Assembly: GCA_947367055.1 (NCBI GenBank)
Contig: CANBCI010000003.1
Location: forward strand, 24,175-88,174
DNA: 64,000 nt
From: an uncultured Alphaproteobacteria bacterium
Lineage (GTDB): Bacteria; Pseudomonadota; Alphaproteobacteria; Rs-D84
Direction of reading: 5' to 3'
Below the pieces are notes generated by a model. That model was not told the origin of the DNA and searched no databases. It saw only the letters and a list, made by a program, of their open reading frames with translations. Each line of letters starts with the position of its first letter. The first letter of the stretch is position 1. Positions 22,725 to 33,266 of the stretch are shown here, piece after piece. The position numbers and the translations under genes are program-made.

Positions 22725-24012
22725 AATTATTGCATTTTTTATAATGATATTACTTGCCGCAAATGCACGCGCCGCATCATTGATAAATGATACGGAAACG
22801 GAACGCGTTATCAGCGAACTGATTGCGCCATTGGGGCGGGCGGCGGATATTCCGCAATCGCGCCTAAAAATCAACATCATCAACGACGACGATTTCAATG
22901 CGTTTGTAATGGGCGGCGAAGATGTGTATGTGTACACCGGCCTGCTAAAAAAAATAAAATCGCCCGACGCGCTGCAGGCGGTGGTTGCGCATGAACTGGG
23001 GCATACGCTGGGCGGCCACATGGCCCAAATGTCCGCGCGAATGAATGCGGAACTAAAACGCACCATGCTGATTCAGGCACTGGGGATCGGCCTTATGGTG
23101 GCGGGCGGCGACCCGTCGCTGGGGGCCGGAGTCTTGGCGGGCTCCAGCGGCATTGCACAGCAATCGATGCTATCCTTTTCGCGCGACGAAGAAAGAATCG
23201 CGGACAACATGGGGTTGGATTTAATGGTTCGTGCGGGACAAAACCCGAACGGATTTATCGATGTGTTTTCACAAATGCGTGAAATAACGGGCGCGGCCGA
23301 ATCACGGATAAATCCAAACAGAATAAACCACCCCCTGACAAACGAGAGATTAAAAAATGTCCGCGAGCAAATCGCGTCATTAAAAAACATTCAAACACCG
23401 GACAAAAAAACAGATGCGGCGCGACGCGAAAAATACGAACTGGTTCGCGCAAAACTTATCGGTTATCTGGATTCGCCCGAACGGGTAAAAAACCTTTACC
23501 CCAATTCCGATAAATCAAATCCGGCGCTGTACGCGCGCGCGATTGCAAACATGCGCGGCGGGAATCTGGACGCCGCACGAATGGGGACAAAAACATTGAT
23601 ATCGCGTGCGCCCGACAATCCGTATTTTTACGAACTGCTGGGGGATATTGAATATCAGTTCGGCCACTATGACGACAGCATTGACGCATATGACAAATCA
23701 CTGGAACTGGCCGGTGACGCGCCACAAATTCAAACCGCCGCGGCGCTTGTCCTGGCGGAACGGGACAAACCGGGCGACCGGGCGCGCGCCCTGGATTTAT
23801 GCCGACGCGCGACATTGTCGGCACCGGCGCCGTTAACCTATTGGGTTATGGCGCGTGCATTTGATGATGGTCGTGCGGACTGGGCACGGGCGGAATATTA
23901 CAAAATGCTGGGCGATGATAAAAATGCAAAAAAATATGCGCGTCGCGCGCAAAAGACACTAAAAAAAGACAGCCCCGAATATATTAAATCCGGGGACATC
24001 CTGCATAAATAA
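22717..24012 (+). CDS. M48 family metalloprotease with TPR region (BepA/YfgC-like)
   Basis: Signal peptide, HELGH zinc motif, C-terminal TPR-like repeats. Confidence 0.8.
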   Translation: MRKIIAFFIMILLAANARAASLINDTETERVISELIAPLGRAADIPQSRLKINIINDDDFNAFVMGGEDVYVYTGLLKKIKSPDALQAVVAHELGHTLGGHMAQMSARMNAELKRTMLIQALGIGLMVAGGDPSLGAGVLAGSSGIAQQSMLSFSRDEERIADNMGLDLMVRAGQNPNGFIDVFSQMREITGAAESRINPNRINHPLTNERLKNVREQIASLKNIQTPDKKTDAARREKYELVRAKLIGYLDSPERVKNLYPNSDKSNPALYARAIANMRGGNLDAARMGTKTLISRAPDNPYFYELLGDIEYQFGHYDDSIDAYDKSLELAGDAPQIQTAAALVLAERDKPGDRARALDLCRRATLSAPAPLTYWVMARAFDDGRADWARAEYYKMLGDDKNAKKYARRAQKTLKKDSPEYIKSGDILHK

Positions 24013-24040
24013 AAATCCCGCAATGCGGGATTTGTTTATT
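24011..24040. terminator. terminator hairpin
   Basis: ATCCCGCAATGCGGGAT followed by a T-run. Confidence 0.5.
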
Positions 24041-24191
24041 ATCTGCAACCGCCGGTCGCGTTACCGATAATTTTGGAGATAGAAATATCCTTGTGCAGCA
24101 AGAAATCATATTCGCAGTTACCGGATTTATAAGAACCTGTGCAGGCGGCCAAAGTCATAACGGCAAACAAAGCCAACATTACTTTTTTCAT
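24039..24191 (-). CDS. small lipoprotein (50 aa)
   Basis: MKKVMLALFAVMTLAACTG lipobox. Below the 60-aa ORF-track cutoff. Found by manual translation. Confidence 0.4.
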   Translation of the reverse strand: MKKVMLALFAVMTLAACTGSYKSGNCEYDFLLHKDISISKIIGNATGGCR

Positions 24192-24256
24192 TTTTTCTCC
24201 TTTTCGTTAAAAAAGTACAGGGGCATTATATAGGAAATCATTCACATTGGCAAGAT

Positions 24257-24610
24257 TTATATAACATTTTTTGCCCAATAAACCCGCCACCCACAAACAA
24301 CGATTACATCAAATCGTGCGCCACCCAACCACCGCTGTTTCATCAGGTATGTTTCCGCCGCGCGCCGCAGACGCGCCGCCTGTGACGTGGTAATGGCCCG
24401 CCAGCCGGCATCTAATGTCGGGCGGCTTTTGACCTCTATAAAAACGATTGTGTTAGCGCGACGTGCAATTATATCTATTTCGGCACGGTTCGTATTTTTC
24501 CCGGTCACATACCGGCCGCACAAAATTTTATACCCATGAAGCCGCAGAAACATACGCGCAATAAATTCCGCACGCAATCCCGTTTTATACGAATTAAAAT
24601 CAGAACGCAT
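24257..24610 (-). CDS. YraN/UPF0102 family endonuclease-like protein
   Basis: Core matches UPF0102: GLRAEFIARMFLRLHGYKIL...EIDIIARRANTIVFIEVKSR. Confidence 0.7.
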   Translation of the reverse strand: MRSDFNSYKTGLRAEFIARMFLRLHGYKILCGRYVTGKNTNRAEIDIIARRANTIVFIEVKSRPTLDAGWRAITTSQAARLRRAAETYLMKQRWLGGARFDVIVVCGWRVYWAKNVI

Positions 24611-25373
24611 ACGGTTTTGCCTTGAAATTCTCGCGGGCGGCGTTGATATTTTTCGCCTCGTCCGTGGCGCGGCGGCCATTGTCGGTCAAATCAAGCGCAC
24701 CGTAATACGCCGTCATCATCGGGTCATAGGCATTACTGGTTGAAACCCATTTGTCCGAACCCGAATTTGGCGCACCGTATTTATCCAATACATTTTGCCA
24801 GAATGCCAGTATCTTTTTCTGGCGCTGGTTTTCAAATTTTTCAGCGTCGCCTTCCAATTCATTGACATCATTGTTATACACAACGCGCCACACCTGATTA
24901 TCGGTCGCATTGCTGGTAAAATACACGGTTATTGTTTCACCCGTGCTTTTACGTACCAGATGCAATTCCGACGCATACAGCAAACCACGACTGCGCGCCA
25001 AGGTGTTTATGCATTTTTCCAATTCGGCCGGAACAAAAATGTTTTGCTGGCGACATTCATAGTCAAGATTGTATTTCCAATCCTTTTGTATCGTGTAAAC
25101 AATACTGTTTTTTTCGCGCGGCGAATACAGACCACCGCCCTTGAAAAACAGGGTTTGAACATCTTCGAACGGCATCCCGAGCATGATGCCCGCAATATCA
25201 AACGAACCGACCCCGGCAGTGCCCGCACCGTCATTTATCATAACGCCCGCCGACGTGACATCAACATCACCACTGTCGACAATGGCAAAATTATTAAAGT
25301 CAAACGGATCGTCATCAGCATATACGGGAAATGCAAGAAATGCCGTCAAAAAAATCATCATTATTTTTTTCAT
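24600..25373 (-). CDS. secreted hypothetical protein
   Basis: Signal peptide MKKIMMIFLTAFLAFPVYA. Confidence 0.5.
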   Translation of the reverse strand: MKKIMMIFLTAFLAFPVYADDDPFDFNNFAIVDSGDVDVTSAGVMINDGAGTAGVGSFDIAGIMLGMPFEDVQTLFFKGGGLYSPREKNSIVYTIQKDWKYNLDYECRQQNIFVPAELEKCINTLARSRGLLYASELHLVRKSTGETITVYFTSNATDNQVWRVVYNNDVNELEGDAEKFENQRQKKILAFWQNVLDKYGAPNSGSDKWVSTSNAYDPMMTAYYGALDLTDNGRRATDEAKNINAARENFKAKPYAF

Positions 25374-25385
25374 TCTCGCCGCCCC

Positions 25386-26021
25386 CTATTGCACGATTGC
25401 GTCATCAACCCTGAAACGGAAAACCGCCGCGGGGTCCCCGCCGGATTCCAAATAACGCCCGACATCCATGTCGCGCCGCACACCCGGCGCGTCTATCACA
25501 TTCAGGAAAATACGCCCCCGCGTAATTTCCGGCAAAACATCAAAATTATTTGGTTCGCGCCACGTCTTTAGCTCATATTCAATAATCCAGTAATCACTGT
25601 TGTCATCCAGTTTATAAATTTCATCAAAAACACGAACCGTTCGCAGTCCCTTGTTCTCGGCAATGTCCTGAATTGTTTCGGCCTCGGTATCTGTCCACTT
25701 GTCAAACACGGTACGCGACGACATCCGACGCAATGCGGTTTGACCCGCAACGCGGCGGGCAATATCCTCGGTATCGGGGTTTGCATAAAAATATTCCACA
25801 ACATACTTTTTTATCAGCATGTCGCGTATCGTTGAATTCCCCAGTTCCGCATATCCCTGCGGGGCGCCGGGCCGCATGGCGGATTGATTGTTAACCTGGA
25901 AAAAATACGGTTCGACCGTTTGCTTTTCCGCCGCGTCATATATCGCACCCGTTAGAAACATGGCCGCGAACATCAGCCCAATCAACACAATCCCGAAAAA
26001 AAACGTCATCAGTTTTTTCAT
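25386..26021 (-). CDS. bitopic membrane protein, periplasmic domain, hypothetical
   Basis: N-terminal TM FFFGIVLIGLMFAAMFLTGAI. Confidence 0.5.
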   Translation of the reverse strand: MKKLMTFFFGIVLIGLMFAAMFLTGAIYDAAEKQTVEPYFFQVNNQSAMRPGAPQGYAELGNSTIRDMLIKKYVVEYFYANPDTEDIARRVAGQTALRRMSSRTVFDKWTDTEAETIQDIAENKGLRTVRVFDEIYKLDDNSDYWIIEYELKTWREPNNFDVLPEITRGRIFLNVIDAPGVRRDMDVGRYLESGGDPAAVFRFRVDDAIVQ

Positions 26022-26716
26022 CAGTTTATCTTGTACGCATTAAAATCCGCAATATAAAAGCCCATATATTGTGGATAAGATTTAATATTGCGCGCCACCT
26101 TGGCGAACGCAATAATATTTAGCGGCGCGGAAACATTTGAACGCACACTGACATTTATGCGCCATGTGCCGCCATTTTCACCGACACTGCCAAATGGCGA
26201 AATATCAATTGTATCAACATCAACAACCCATTTTTCCCCATTTGCCGCCCGCATTTGATAGTCCGGCACAATATCATATACAAATCGCGAAAATATATCT
26301 TCGCCGGTTGCACAATATATCGCGCATGATTTGTCGCCATACGGCGCATCGCGCCGCACGCCACATTCCGCAGTCCGGTCACAGGTCAACCACATAGCCT
26401 CGTTTTCCGATGCACTACCGGATATTGAAAACCAATTTTGAACAAAGTGGACAATGGCGGCCTCCTGCAGGGCACGGGTCGCGGCCAGTGTCTTTTGCCC
26501 ATGGTCATGCCCCACCAGTTGCCATTGGCCGGTATAACTGTTCACAGAAACCAGAAACGGATGCACACGCCCGGAACGCGACGCCCACAGCAACACGCCA
26601 CACACCAGCACAATCAATAAAAACGCAACCATTGCGCCAATTGCCATCACGCGGGCAATGGCCGTCGGCCTGCCCGCGGGAAACGCCGGTGTTTCAAAAT
26701 CGTCTGGGTAATTCAA
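26021..26716 (-). CDS. bitopic membrane protein, hypothetical
   Basis: Single TM VMAIGAMVAFLLIVLVCGVLLW. Start and stop overlap with the upstream gene. Confidence 0.5.
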   Translation of the reverse strand: MNYPDDFETPAFPAGRPTAIARVMAIGAMVAFLLIVLVCGVLLWASRSGRVHPFLVSVNSYTGQWQLVGHDHGQKTLAATRALQEAAIVHFVQNWFSISGSASENEAMWLTCDRTAECGVRRDAPYGDKSCAIYCATGEDIFSRFVYDIVPDYQMRAANGEKWVVDVDTIDISPFGSVGENGGTWRINVSVRSNVSAPLNIIAFAKVARNIKSYPQYMGFYIADFNAYKIN

Positions 26717-26752
26717 TTATTCCCCCGATTACGGATGTAAACAAACCCGTTC

Positions 26753-26899
26753 TTACGCCTGGTACACCATTATGCATGCACAGGGACTTAATTTTAATTC
26801 ATTATTGTCGTATCCGACACCGACCGGTTCCCGGTCATAAACCTGGCCGCACCCGGCCAAGGCCAATGCGACAAATACGCCCAAAATAATCTTTTTCAT
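26753..26899 (-). CDS. small lipoprotein (48 aa)
   Basis: MKKIILGVFVALALAGCG lipobox. Found by manual translation. Confidence 0.35.
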   Translation of the reverse strand: MKKIILGVFVALALAGCGQVYDREPVGVGYDNNELKLSPCACIMVYQA

Positions 26900-27054
26900 A
26901 TCTGCTTTCCCCTTTCCTATACATCTATAATCAAATTATAAAAAAATTGCAACCGCGCGGTCAAGCCCAAAAGGGATTAACCGTACAAAAATATTGACAC
27001 ACGAAAAAATTATACTAGAATGCGCCTTAATACACAAAAAAAGATACACATAAA

Positions 27055-27966
27055 ATGCAAGACAATATATCCGTACCGTATTTTGATAATTTTTATCAGA
27101 TTATGGATCGTCGCGGGCTTCCACTGACGAACATTTACTGGTCACAAACCAAAATGGGCACTCCGTCCGTCGGGACAGTGTACCTTATTCACGGTTATGG
27201 CGGCAGCCCGATTGAACCATGCATGAAAATCCCGATGAGGGTCGCATTAAAAAACGGGTTTGATGTCGTCGCGATAGAGGGCGCCGCCCTGTCCGCGACA
27301 TACGATTTCAAAAAAGATGTGACAAAAATGAACCTGGCGCGGCAAAAATCCGCACTATTAGAAGGATTGAATTTCTGCAAAGAAATGCCGGGGATAAATC
27401 ACAAAAACCGCATTGCGTGGTCCCATTCACTGTCATGTCGCGCATTATCGGATATGATTGTCGCAAACGAACCCGTAAAAAACTTTTTCAACGAACTCGT
27501 TCTGAACAATCCGTATTTCCTGCCGCCCAGCCGGGTAATTAAAACGCGGGAACGACTGATGCAGCGCGACCCCAGTGGCAAAATGTGGCAATCGGCGTTA
27601 AATCGCATGTCAATGCAAATACGGCAAATTGAAAACATGGAATTCAAGATACCGACGCGACTGCAAAATCTGGCGGTTCCGTTACCGCGCGACTGGGCCG
27701 AATTGGACGGCAATCTGCCGGACATAGCCAAACGCATGTCCAAATTTGTGGTCAACCTGCATATCTCGTTTGTGCTGGGGACGGCCGACGACATGGCCGA
27801 ATACGCACAAAATGTCCAAATATTCAACGAATTAAAGGTATCGAATAAAAACTTAATATCCATAGACGGGGCGAACCATTCGTTTGAAAACAAACTGGAC
27901 GAATACCAAAACAATGTGGATATAATTTTGAATCGTATAAGGGCCACATATATAAACGAGCTATAA
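27055..27966 (+). CDS. alpha/beta hydrolase fold protein
   Basis: VYLIHGYGGSP N-terminal motif and WSHSLS nucleophile-elbow-like motif. Confidence 0.55.
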   Translation: MQDNISVPYFDNFYQIMDRRGLPLTNIYWSQTKMGTPSVGTVYLIHGYGGSPIEPCMKIPMRVALKNGFDVVAIEGAALSATYDFKKDVTKMNLARQKSALLEGLNFCKEMPGINHKNRIAWSHSLSCRALSDMIVANEPVKNFFNELVLNNPYFLPPSRVIKTRERLMQRDPSGKMWQSALNRMSMQIRQIENMEFKIPTRLQNLAVPLPRDWAELDGNLPDIAKRMSKFVVNLHISFVLGTADDMAEYAQNVQIFNELKVSNKNLISIDGANHSFENKLDEYQNNVDIILNRIRATYINEL

Positions 27967-27990
27967 AAAACGCGGAAATTCCGCGTTTTT
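27966..27990. terminator. bidirectional terminator
   Basis: AAAAACGCGGAAATTCCGCGTTTTTT. Confidence 0.6.
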
Positions 27991-27992
27991 TA

Positions 27993-30281
27993 TTAAAACT
28001 GTGTTTCAAACGACAACAGGAATCGCTGTTCCCGGTCATAATCGTTCAGTTTCAACGGCCAACCCCAGCTAAAATTCATCGGCCCCATTGGTGTGTTCCA
28101 ATAAATTCCGACACCAACACTGGTTCGTATATCCTGGTCTATGTAATTGTCACGACACCCATAATACGGATGGCAAAACGTTTTTTCTTCGCGTGGGGGC
28201 TTGCCCAAAATACCGTAATCCGCAAAGATAAAGCCCTTTATCTGATATTCGTCCGGGATAAATATCGGGAAATTCAACTGTGTTGACCCGTTAAGTTTCC
28301 ACAATCCACCCAGCGAATACGTCTGGTACGCCCAGTTTCGCGATCCGACGCCCGCAATATCAAATCCGCGCAGTGTTTCACCACCCAGGAAATAACGATA
28401 CACACGCGATATGTATTCGCCGCCGACCGAATGTAACATCCCGAAATCCAGCGACGAACGCAACTGCCAACGGTCATCCCAGAATTTAACCATTCCGATA
28501 ATGTCCGCAGTGTAACGCATATAACTTTCGGTGCCGCCAAAACCGGTGTACGATATACCCAAATTACTTACTATGCCGGTATGCGTGTTCTGCTGAAAAT
28601 TTGTATCCAGATTGTAATAGCGGAAACTGGTGCCAAGCGTAAACAAATTCGCCGCATGCCAATCGCCCCCCAATTGCAAATCATAATTCTGGTCAAACGC
28701 CGCCGACAGACGCACACTCTGCGTCCAATGGTCCGTCAGGCGCCACCCCATGCGCCCGGCAATCGTCAATGAATCGCGGTCATAGCCAAAACTGCCCAGC
28801 GACGAATAGTCGTACATTGTATACGACACATCAAATCCGGCCGACAACGGGCGCCCGAACAAGTATGGTTCTGTAAAACTAAACAATGCCTGCTTTTGAT
28901 ATTGTGCAATTGAACCGCGCAGTTGCACAACCTGGCCACGGCCCATAAAATTGCTTTCCGTTATACCGGCATCAACCATAAAACCGTTTATGTTTGACCA
29001 ACCAAAACCACCGGACAATTCACCGGTCGGCTGTTCTTCAACCTTGATGTCCAGGTTCATCATATTCGCATCCGCGATACGCGTCGGAACAATCTGAACA
29101 TCCTTGAAATATCGCGTCCGCATCAAGTTCTGGCGCGTTTCTTCAATCGTCTGCAGGGAAAACGGGTCACCGGGCCGCATTGGTGTCAATTGTTCAATAA
29201 CACTGTCAAATGTGCGGACATTTCCCAAAATATTTATTGAATTTATATAAATGCGGTTCGTTTTTTGAATTTTGAATTTCAAGTCAATCGTACGCGTGTC
29301 ATCGTTCTTTTTCGCATCCGGTTCAACATTGATAAACGCATAGCCGTGATCACCGACCATGCCGCGCATTGCGGAAATCGTCTCTTCGACCTTGTCGATG
29401 TTGTAGACATCGCCGGTCTTCATTTTTATCATTTCCATCAGTTTTTCATCCGGCACATCCGGGAACGGATTATCAATGGAAAGCGCGCCGATTTTATAAA
29501 CCGGCCCCTCGTCCACGGTAAAGGTGACCGAATAATACTGGCGGTCGGGCGTAAAGACCCCATTTGCATTTTTAACCTGAAAATCGACATGGCCATTGCG
29601 CAGATAAAATTGACGCAGCATTTGCTGATCATATTGGATTCGGTCTTCGTCAAACACATCAAACTGCGTCATAAAACGCCACCAGGCATGTTCGCGCGAC
29701 AGTATGGCACCCCGCAAAGTCTTGTCACTAAATTTCTTGTTGCCTTCGAAATCAATATCGGTGATGTATGTCGGGTGTCCTTCGGTGATTTCATATACAA
29801 CATTAACGCGATTGTCACCCTGGTTTATTTTCTTTGGGTTGATGCGCGTGCCAAAATACCCCTTGCGCTGATAAATTACCAGCATGCGCTGCACATCGGA
29901 ACCAATTACGGATTCATCATAAGACGCGCGTTCCTTTAGCCGGATTTCCTTTTTCAAATCATCGGTCGAAACCTTGTCATTGCCTTCGACCGTCACCATG
30001 CCGACAATTGGCGCCTCCGCCACATCTATTTTCAGGACATTTCCGGACATATATACATTGATTTTTGAAAAATATCCGCTTTCCTGTAATTTCTTGGCAA
30101 TTTGATTGGTGCGTTCGGCGCCAACATTTTCACCGACCTTTACATCCGATAAAATACGGATTGATTCCGCATCCATACGACTGTTGCCGGCGACATCAAT
30201 TTTGGAAACCGTTGCGCCGTGCGCCGACGCAAACACCATAATTGAACATGCAACAAATAATAACCCAGATTCTTTTTTCAT
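27993..30281 (-). CDS. bamA: outer-membrane protein assembly factor BamA
   Basis: Signal peptide, POTRA repeats, Omp85 barrel with C-terminal ...SFETQF. Confidence 0.9.
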   Translation of the reverse strand: MKKESGLLFVACSIMVFASAHGATVSKIDVAGNSRMDAESIRILSDVKVGENVGAERTNQIAKKLQESGYFSKINVYMSGNVLKIDVAEAPIVGMVTVEGNDKVSTDDLKKEIRLKERASYDESVIGSDVQRMLVIYQRKGYFGTRINPKKINQGDNRVNVVYEITEGHPTYITDIDFEGNKKFSDKTLRGAILSREHAWWRFMTQFDVFDEDRIQYDQQMLRQFYLRNGHVDFQVKNANGVFTPDRQYYSVTFTVDEGPVYKIGALSIDNPFPDVPDEKLMEMIKMKTGDVYNIDKVEETISAMRGMVGDHGYAFINVEPDAKKNDDTRTIDLKFKIQKTNRIYINSINILGNVRTFDSVIEQLTPMRPGDPFSLQTIEETRQNLMRTRYFKDVQIVPTRIADANMMNLDIKVEEQPTGELSGGFGWSNINGFMVDAGITESNFMGRGQVVQLRGSIAQYQKQALFSFTEPYLFGRPLSAGFDVSYTMYDYSSLGSFGYDRDSLTIAGRMGWRLTDHWTQSVRLSAAFDQNYDLQLGGDWHAANLFTLGTSFRYYNLDTNFQQNTHTGIVSNLGISYTGFGGTESYMRYTADIIGMVKFWDDRWQLRSSLDFGMLHSVGGEYISRVYRYFLGGETLRGFDIAGVGSRNWAYQTYSLGGLWKLNGSTQLNFPIFIPDEYQIKGFIFADYGILGKPPREEKTFCHPYYGCRDNYIDQDIRTSVGVGIYWNTPMGPMNFSWGWPLKLNDYDREQRFLLSFETQF

Positions 30282-30282
30282 A

Positions 30283-31341
30283 TCAGTTCAATCCAAATAC
30301 GCGCGCCAAATCATTCCACATGGTCAAGACGAACAACGCCCCAATCAGCAACCATCCGCACGCAAACACAATTTCCATTCCGCGCCCGCCCAGTTTGCGA
30401 CGCGTCACCCCCTCTATTATCAATATCAGCAGATATCCGCCGTCCAAAACCGGCAACGGCAACAGATTTATAACACCCAAGTTAACAGATATCAATGCAA
30501 TTATTGATAAAAAGGCAAACAATCCCATCGCCATGGCCTTGCCCGATTCTTCTGCGATTGTGATAAAGGACCCCAGTTGCTTTGACGACCGTTCGCCCGT
30601 CACGATTTGCTTTAGCACAACCAACAATGTTTTTGAACGCTTGTACGTTTCACGCGCACCGGAATATAACGCGCCAAAAAATCCCTTTTTTCGAAATTCG
30701 GTTTTGCTGCCGTCCGCAATCAATCCCCAACGTTCTGCGGGGGCCAGTTTTACCTGAACCAATTTTTCACCGCGCACAATCAAAACATTTGCGTTTCGGT
30801 TTGACGCCACTTCTTTGGCAATAATCAGTTCGCCCCAGTTTGTAATCTTCGCCTCGTCAATACGGACGATTGTATCACCGGGTTTTACGCCCGCCTTGAA
30901 TGCGACGGATTCCTGAATAACCTGGCCCACGACCGGCAATTGGACATTCTTTGGTTGAAACATAAACAGCGCCGAATAAATCCCCCACGCCAACAGAAAG
31001 TTCATTGTGACACCGGCAATGAAAATTATAAATTGCTTCCACGCCGGCACCGACAGGAAATGCCCCTTTTTCTTGGCCGCGGGCAATTCGTCATATTTCT
31101 TGCGGTCGAACATGTCTTCCTGGCCATAGATTGAGACATATCCCCCCAGCGGCAATGCCGCCACCTGCCACTGTGTGCCACGGCGGTCGTGCCATTTGAT
31201 TAGCGCGGGCCCAAACCCAATGGAAAAGGTGTTTACACGCACACCGGCCCAACGCGCCGCCATAAAGTGCCCCAATTCATGAACAAACACCACAACGCCT
31301 AACACCACCAGCAGTGCGATAATGGTTAAAATGATATGCAT
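30283..31341 (-). CDS. rseP: RIP metalloprotease RseP (site-2 protease)
   Basis: HELGH in the first TM, PDZ domain, C-terminal LDGG motif. Confidence 0.9.
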   Translation of the reverse strand: MHIILTIIALLVVLGVVVFVHELGHFMAARWAGVRVNTFSIGFGPALIKWHDRRGTQWQVAALPLGGYVSIYGQEDMFDRKKYDELPAAKKKGHFLSVPAWKQFIIFIAGVTMNFLLAWGIYSALFMFQPKNVQLPVVGQVIQESVAFKAGVKPGDTIVRIDEAKITNWGELIIAKEVASNRNANVLIVRGEKLVQVKLAPAERWGLIADGSKTEFRKKGFFGALYSGARETYKRSKTLLVVLKQIVTGERSSKQLGSFITIAEESGKAMAMGLFAFLSIIALISVNLGVINLLPLPVLDGGYLLILIIEGVTRRKLGGRGMEIVFACGWLLIGALFVLTMWNDLARVFGLN

Positions 31342-31368
31342 GTGTCCCCTTTCCTTTTGTTAAAAACG

Positions 31369-31818
31369 TCACAAATCACCAGTCAGGCGATGTGCCGTGT
31401 AATTTTCAATCAATTTGCGCGTTGGCGCATAAATGTTTTTTGGCAACGCGTTCAAATCAAACCATTTCCAGCACACGATTTCGTCCGGTTCCATTGTACG
31501 CGGTTCGCCATCAAAACTGGTCGCCAAAAATCCCAGCGTCACAAAGTGCGCTGTGTCCGACACTTCGTTTGTGACCGAAATCAATTGCGCCGTTTTAAGT
31601 TCCAAACCCGTTTCTTCACGCAATTCGCGGGCGGCACCGTCAAACAACCCCTCGCCAAACTCAAACTTGCCACCCGGCATGGTCCATGTGCCCTCGCCGT
31701 GCAAATCGCTGTCCGCTAATTTTTCATCACTGTTGCGCAAGCCCATTAGAACCTGGTTGTCGGCATTCATGACCATTATGCCCATTCCGCAACGCGTGAC
31801 GCGTGGTTTTTCGCCCAT
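31369..31818 (-). CDS. NUDIX hydrolase
   Basis: Nudix box GGKFEFGEGLFDGAARELREETGLE. Confidence 0.75.
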   Translation of the reverse strand: MGEKPRVTRCGMGIMVMNADNQVLMGLRNSDEKLADSDLHGEGTWTMPGGKFEFGEGLFDGAARELREETGLELKTAQLISVTNEVSDTAHFVTLGFLATSFDGEPRTMEPDEIVCWKWFDLNALPKNIYAPTRKLIENYTAHRLTGDL

Positions 31819-31827
31819 ACCATACTC

Positions 31828-32478
31828 CTATAATGTCACCAACCATATAATCGGCAACACGTAAATCCAACCGTCAAACCGGTCCAGCACACCGCCATGG
31901 CCCGGAATCAGGCGTCCAAAATCCTTAATCCCCATGCGGCGCTTTATCATGCTGGCAGTTAAATCGCCATATTGACTTAACAGCGCAACACTGATTCCAA
32001 TCCACATCAATTGCGGCATAAATGTATCCGTCCCCAGCAGCCCGTACATAACCGCGGCCACTGTTCCGCATATAATGCCCGCAATCTGGCCCGACCATGT
32101 TTTGCCCGCGGACAACCGTTCCCACATTTTATCCCCGCCAATCAATTTTCCAAAGGCCCACGCCCCGATGTCCGCCGCCCCGATAATCAGCAGCAGCAAT
32201 AATATAATCCATGGCCGCGCACCGATAAAATACGCAGCCGCCAGCACAACAAACAGCCATGCGACAAACCCGCCAAACACCAACATGTTTTTATGCCGCC
32301 TGCGCACATCACGCGGCGTGCGATACAAACACCACAGCATTTCAGCAATCATGCCCAGCGCAATCAGCACCGCTAACACGCGCACGGCCGGAAAACCAAA
32401 ATATTGCAAAACCGCGGCCGCCCCCGCAATCAGCACCATAACGGCGCCTGCGATAATTCTCTGTGTTGTATTTGACAT
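31828..32478 (-). CDS. cdsA: phosphatidate cytidylyltransferase
   Basis: Polytopic. C-terminal GHGGVLDRFDG motif. Confidence 0.85.
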   Translation of the reverse strand: MSNTTQRIIAGAVMVLIAGAAAVLQYFGFPAVRVLAVLIALGMIAEMLWCLYRTPRDVRRRHKNMLVFGGFVAWLFVVLAAAYFIGARPWIILLLLLIIGAADIGAWAFGKLIGGDKMWERLSAGKTWSGQIAGIICGTVAAVMYGLLGTDTFMPQLMWIGISVALLSQYGDLTASMIKRRMGIKDFGRLIPGHGGVLDRFDGWIYVLPIIWLVTL

Positions 32479-32489
32479 GTCGCACCACC

Positions 32490-33245
32490 CTATTTTTTCT
32501 TTCCGGCGTAATTCGCCTTTTTACCGCCGCCAAAGCGCCGATTGCGTTTTGAAAATTCGTCCAGCGTGAATTGCCACAACTTTTCACTCTTTACAAAATC
32601 GGGCCAATGTTCCGGCACAAACAGCAATTCCGCATACGCCAGTTTCCACAACATGAAATTGGACAGGCGAAATTCATTACTGGTACGGACCATCAAATCC
32701 ACAGGCAACAAATCACCCGTATCCATAAAGGTTTCAAATGTATCACGATCAACCGGTTTTCCCGCGGCGATTGCGGCATTTACAGCATTGACAATTTCAT
32801 CGCGCCCGCCGTAATTCAACGCGAATACGACCGTGCCACCTGTATTTTCGGCGGATGCTTCCTCCAGCTTGTCACACAAATCCGCCAACTTTTTAGGCAG
32901 GCGCGCACGCGACCCTATAACACGATACCGCAGATTTTTTTCGACCGCATGCTTCATGTTCTTTTTCAGTTCGCTATAGAACAGCCCCATAAGATAATCA
33001 ACCTCTTCCTTGGAACGGTTCCAATTTTCCGTTGAAAAAATCCAAAATGTGATGGTTGACACGCCACGCGATATAAACCAATCAACCAGATTTTCAAAAT
33101 TGGCGATTCCGGCCTTGTGCCCCAGCAACGGCGGCAACCCGCGGTTTTCCGCCCACCGACGGTTCCCGTCGCAAATAAATGCAACATGCTGCGGAATTTT
33201 CGGCGCCGCAGATGTGGCGGTCTTTTTCTTTAGAAACTTAAACAT
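32490..33245 (-). CDS. uppS: undecaprenyl diphosphate synthase
   Basis: HVAFICDGNRRWA, and GGRDEI-like and FMLWK motifs. Confidence 0.9.
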   Translation of the reverse strand: MFKFLKKKTATSAAPKIPQHVAFICDGNRRWAENRGLPPLLGHKAGIANFENLVDWFISRGVSTITFWIFSTENWNRSKEEVDYLMGLFYSELKKNMKHAVEKNLRYRVIGSRARLPKKLADLCDKLEEASAENTGGTVVFALNYGGRDEIVNAVNAAIAAGKPVDRDTFETFMDTGDLLPVDLMVRTSNEFRLSNFMLWKLAYAELLFVPEHWPDFVKSEKLWQFTLDEFSKRNRRFGGGKKANYAGKKK

Positions 33246-33266
33246 TTCGTATCCCGGGTTGCATGA

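Noticed and set aside
21060-23066. Multiple antisense or alternate-frame ORFs within recG and the M48 peptidase gene
   Set aside because: They overlap confidently assigned genes and have no motifs.
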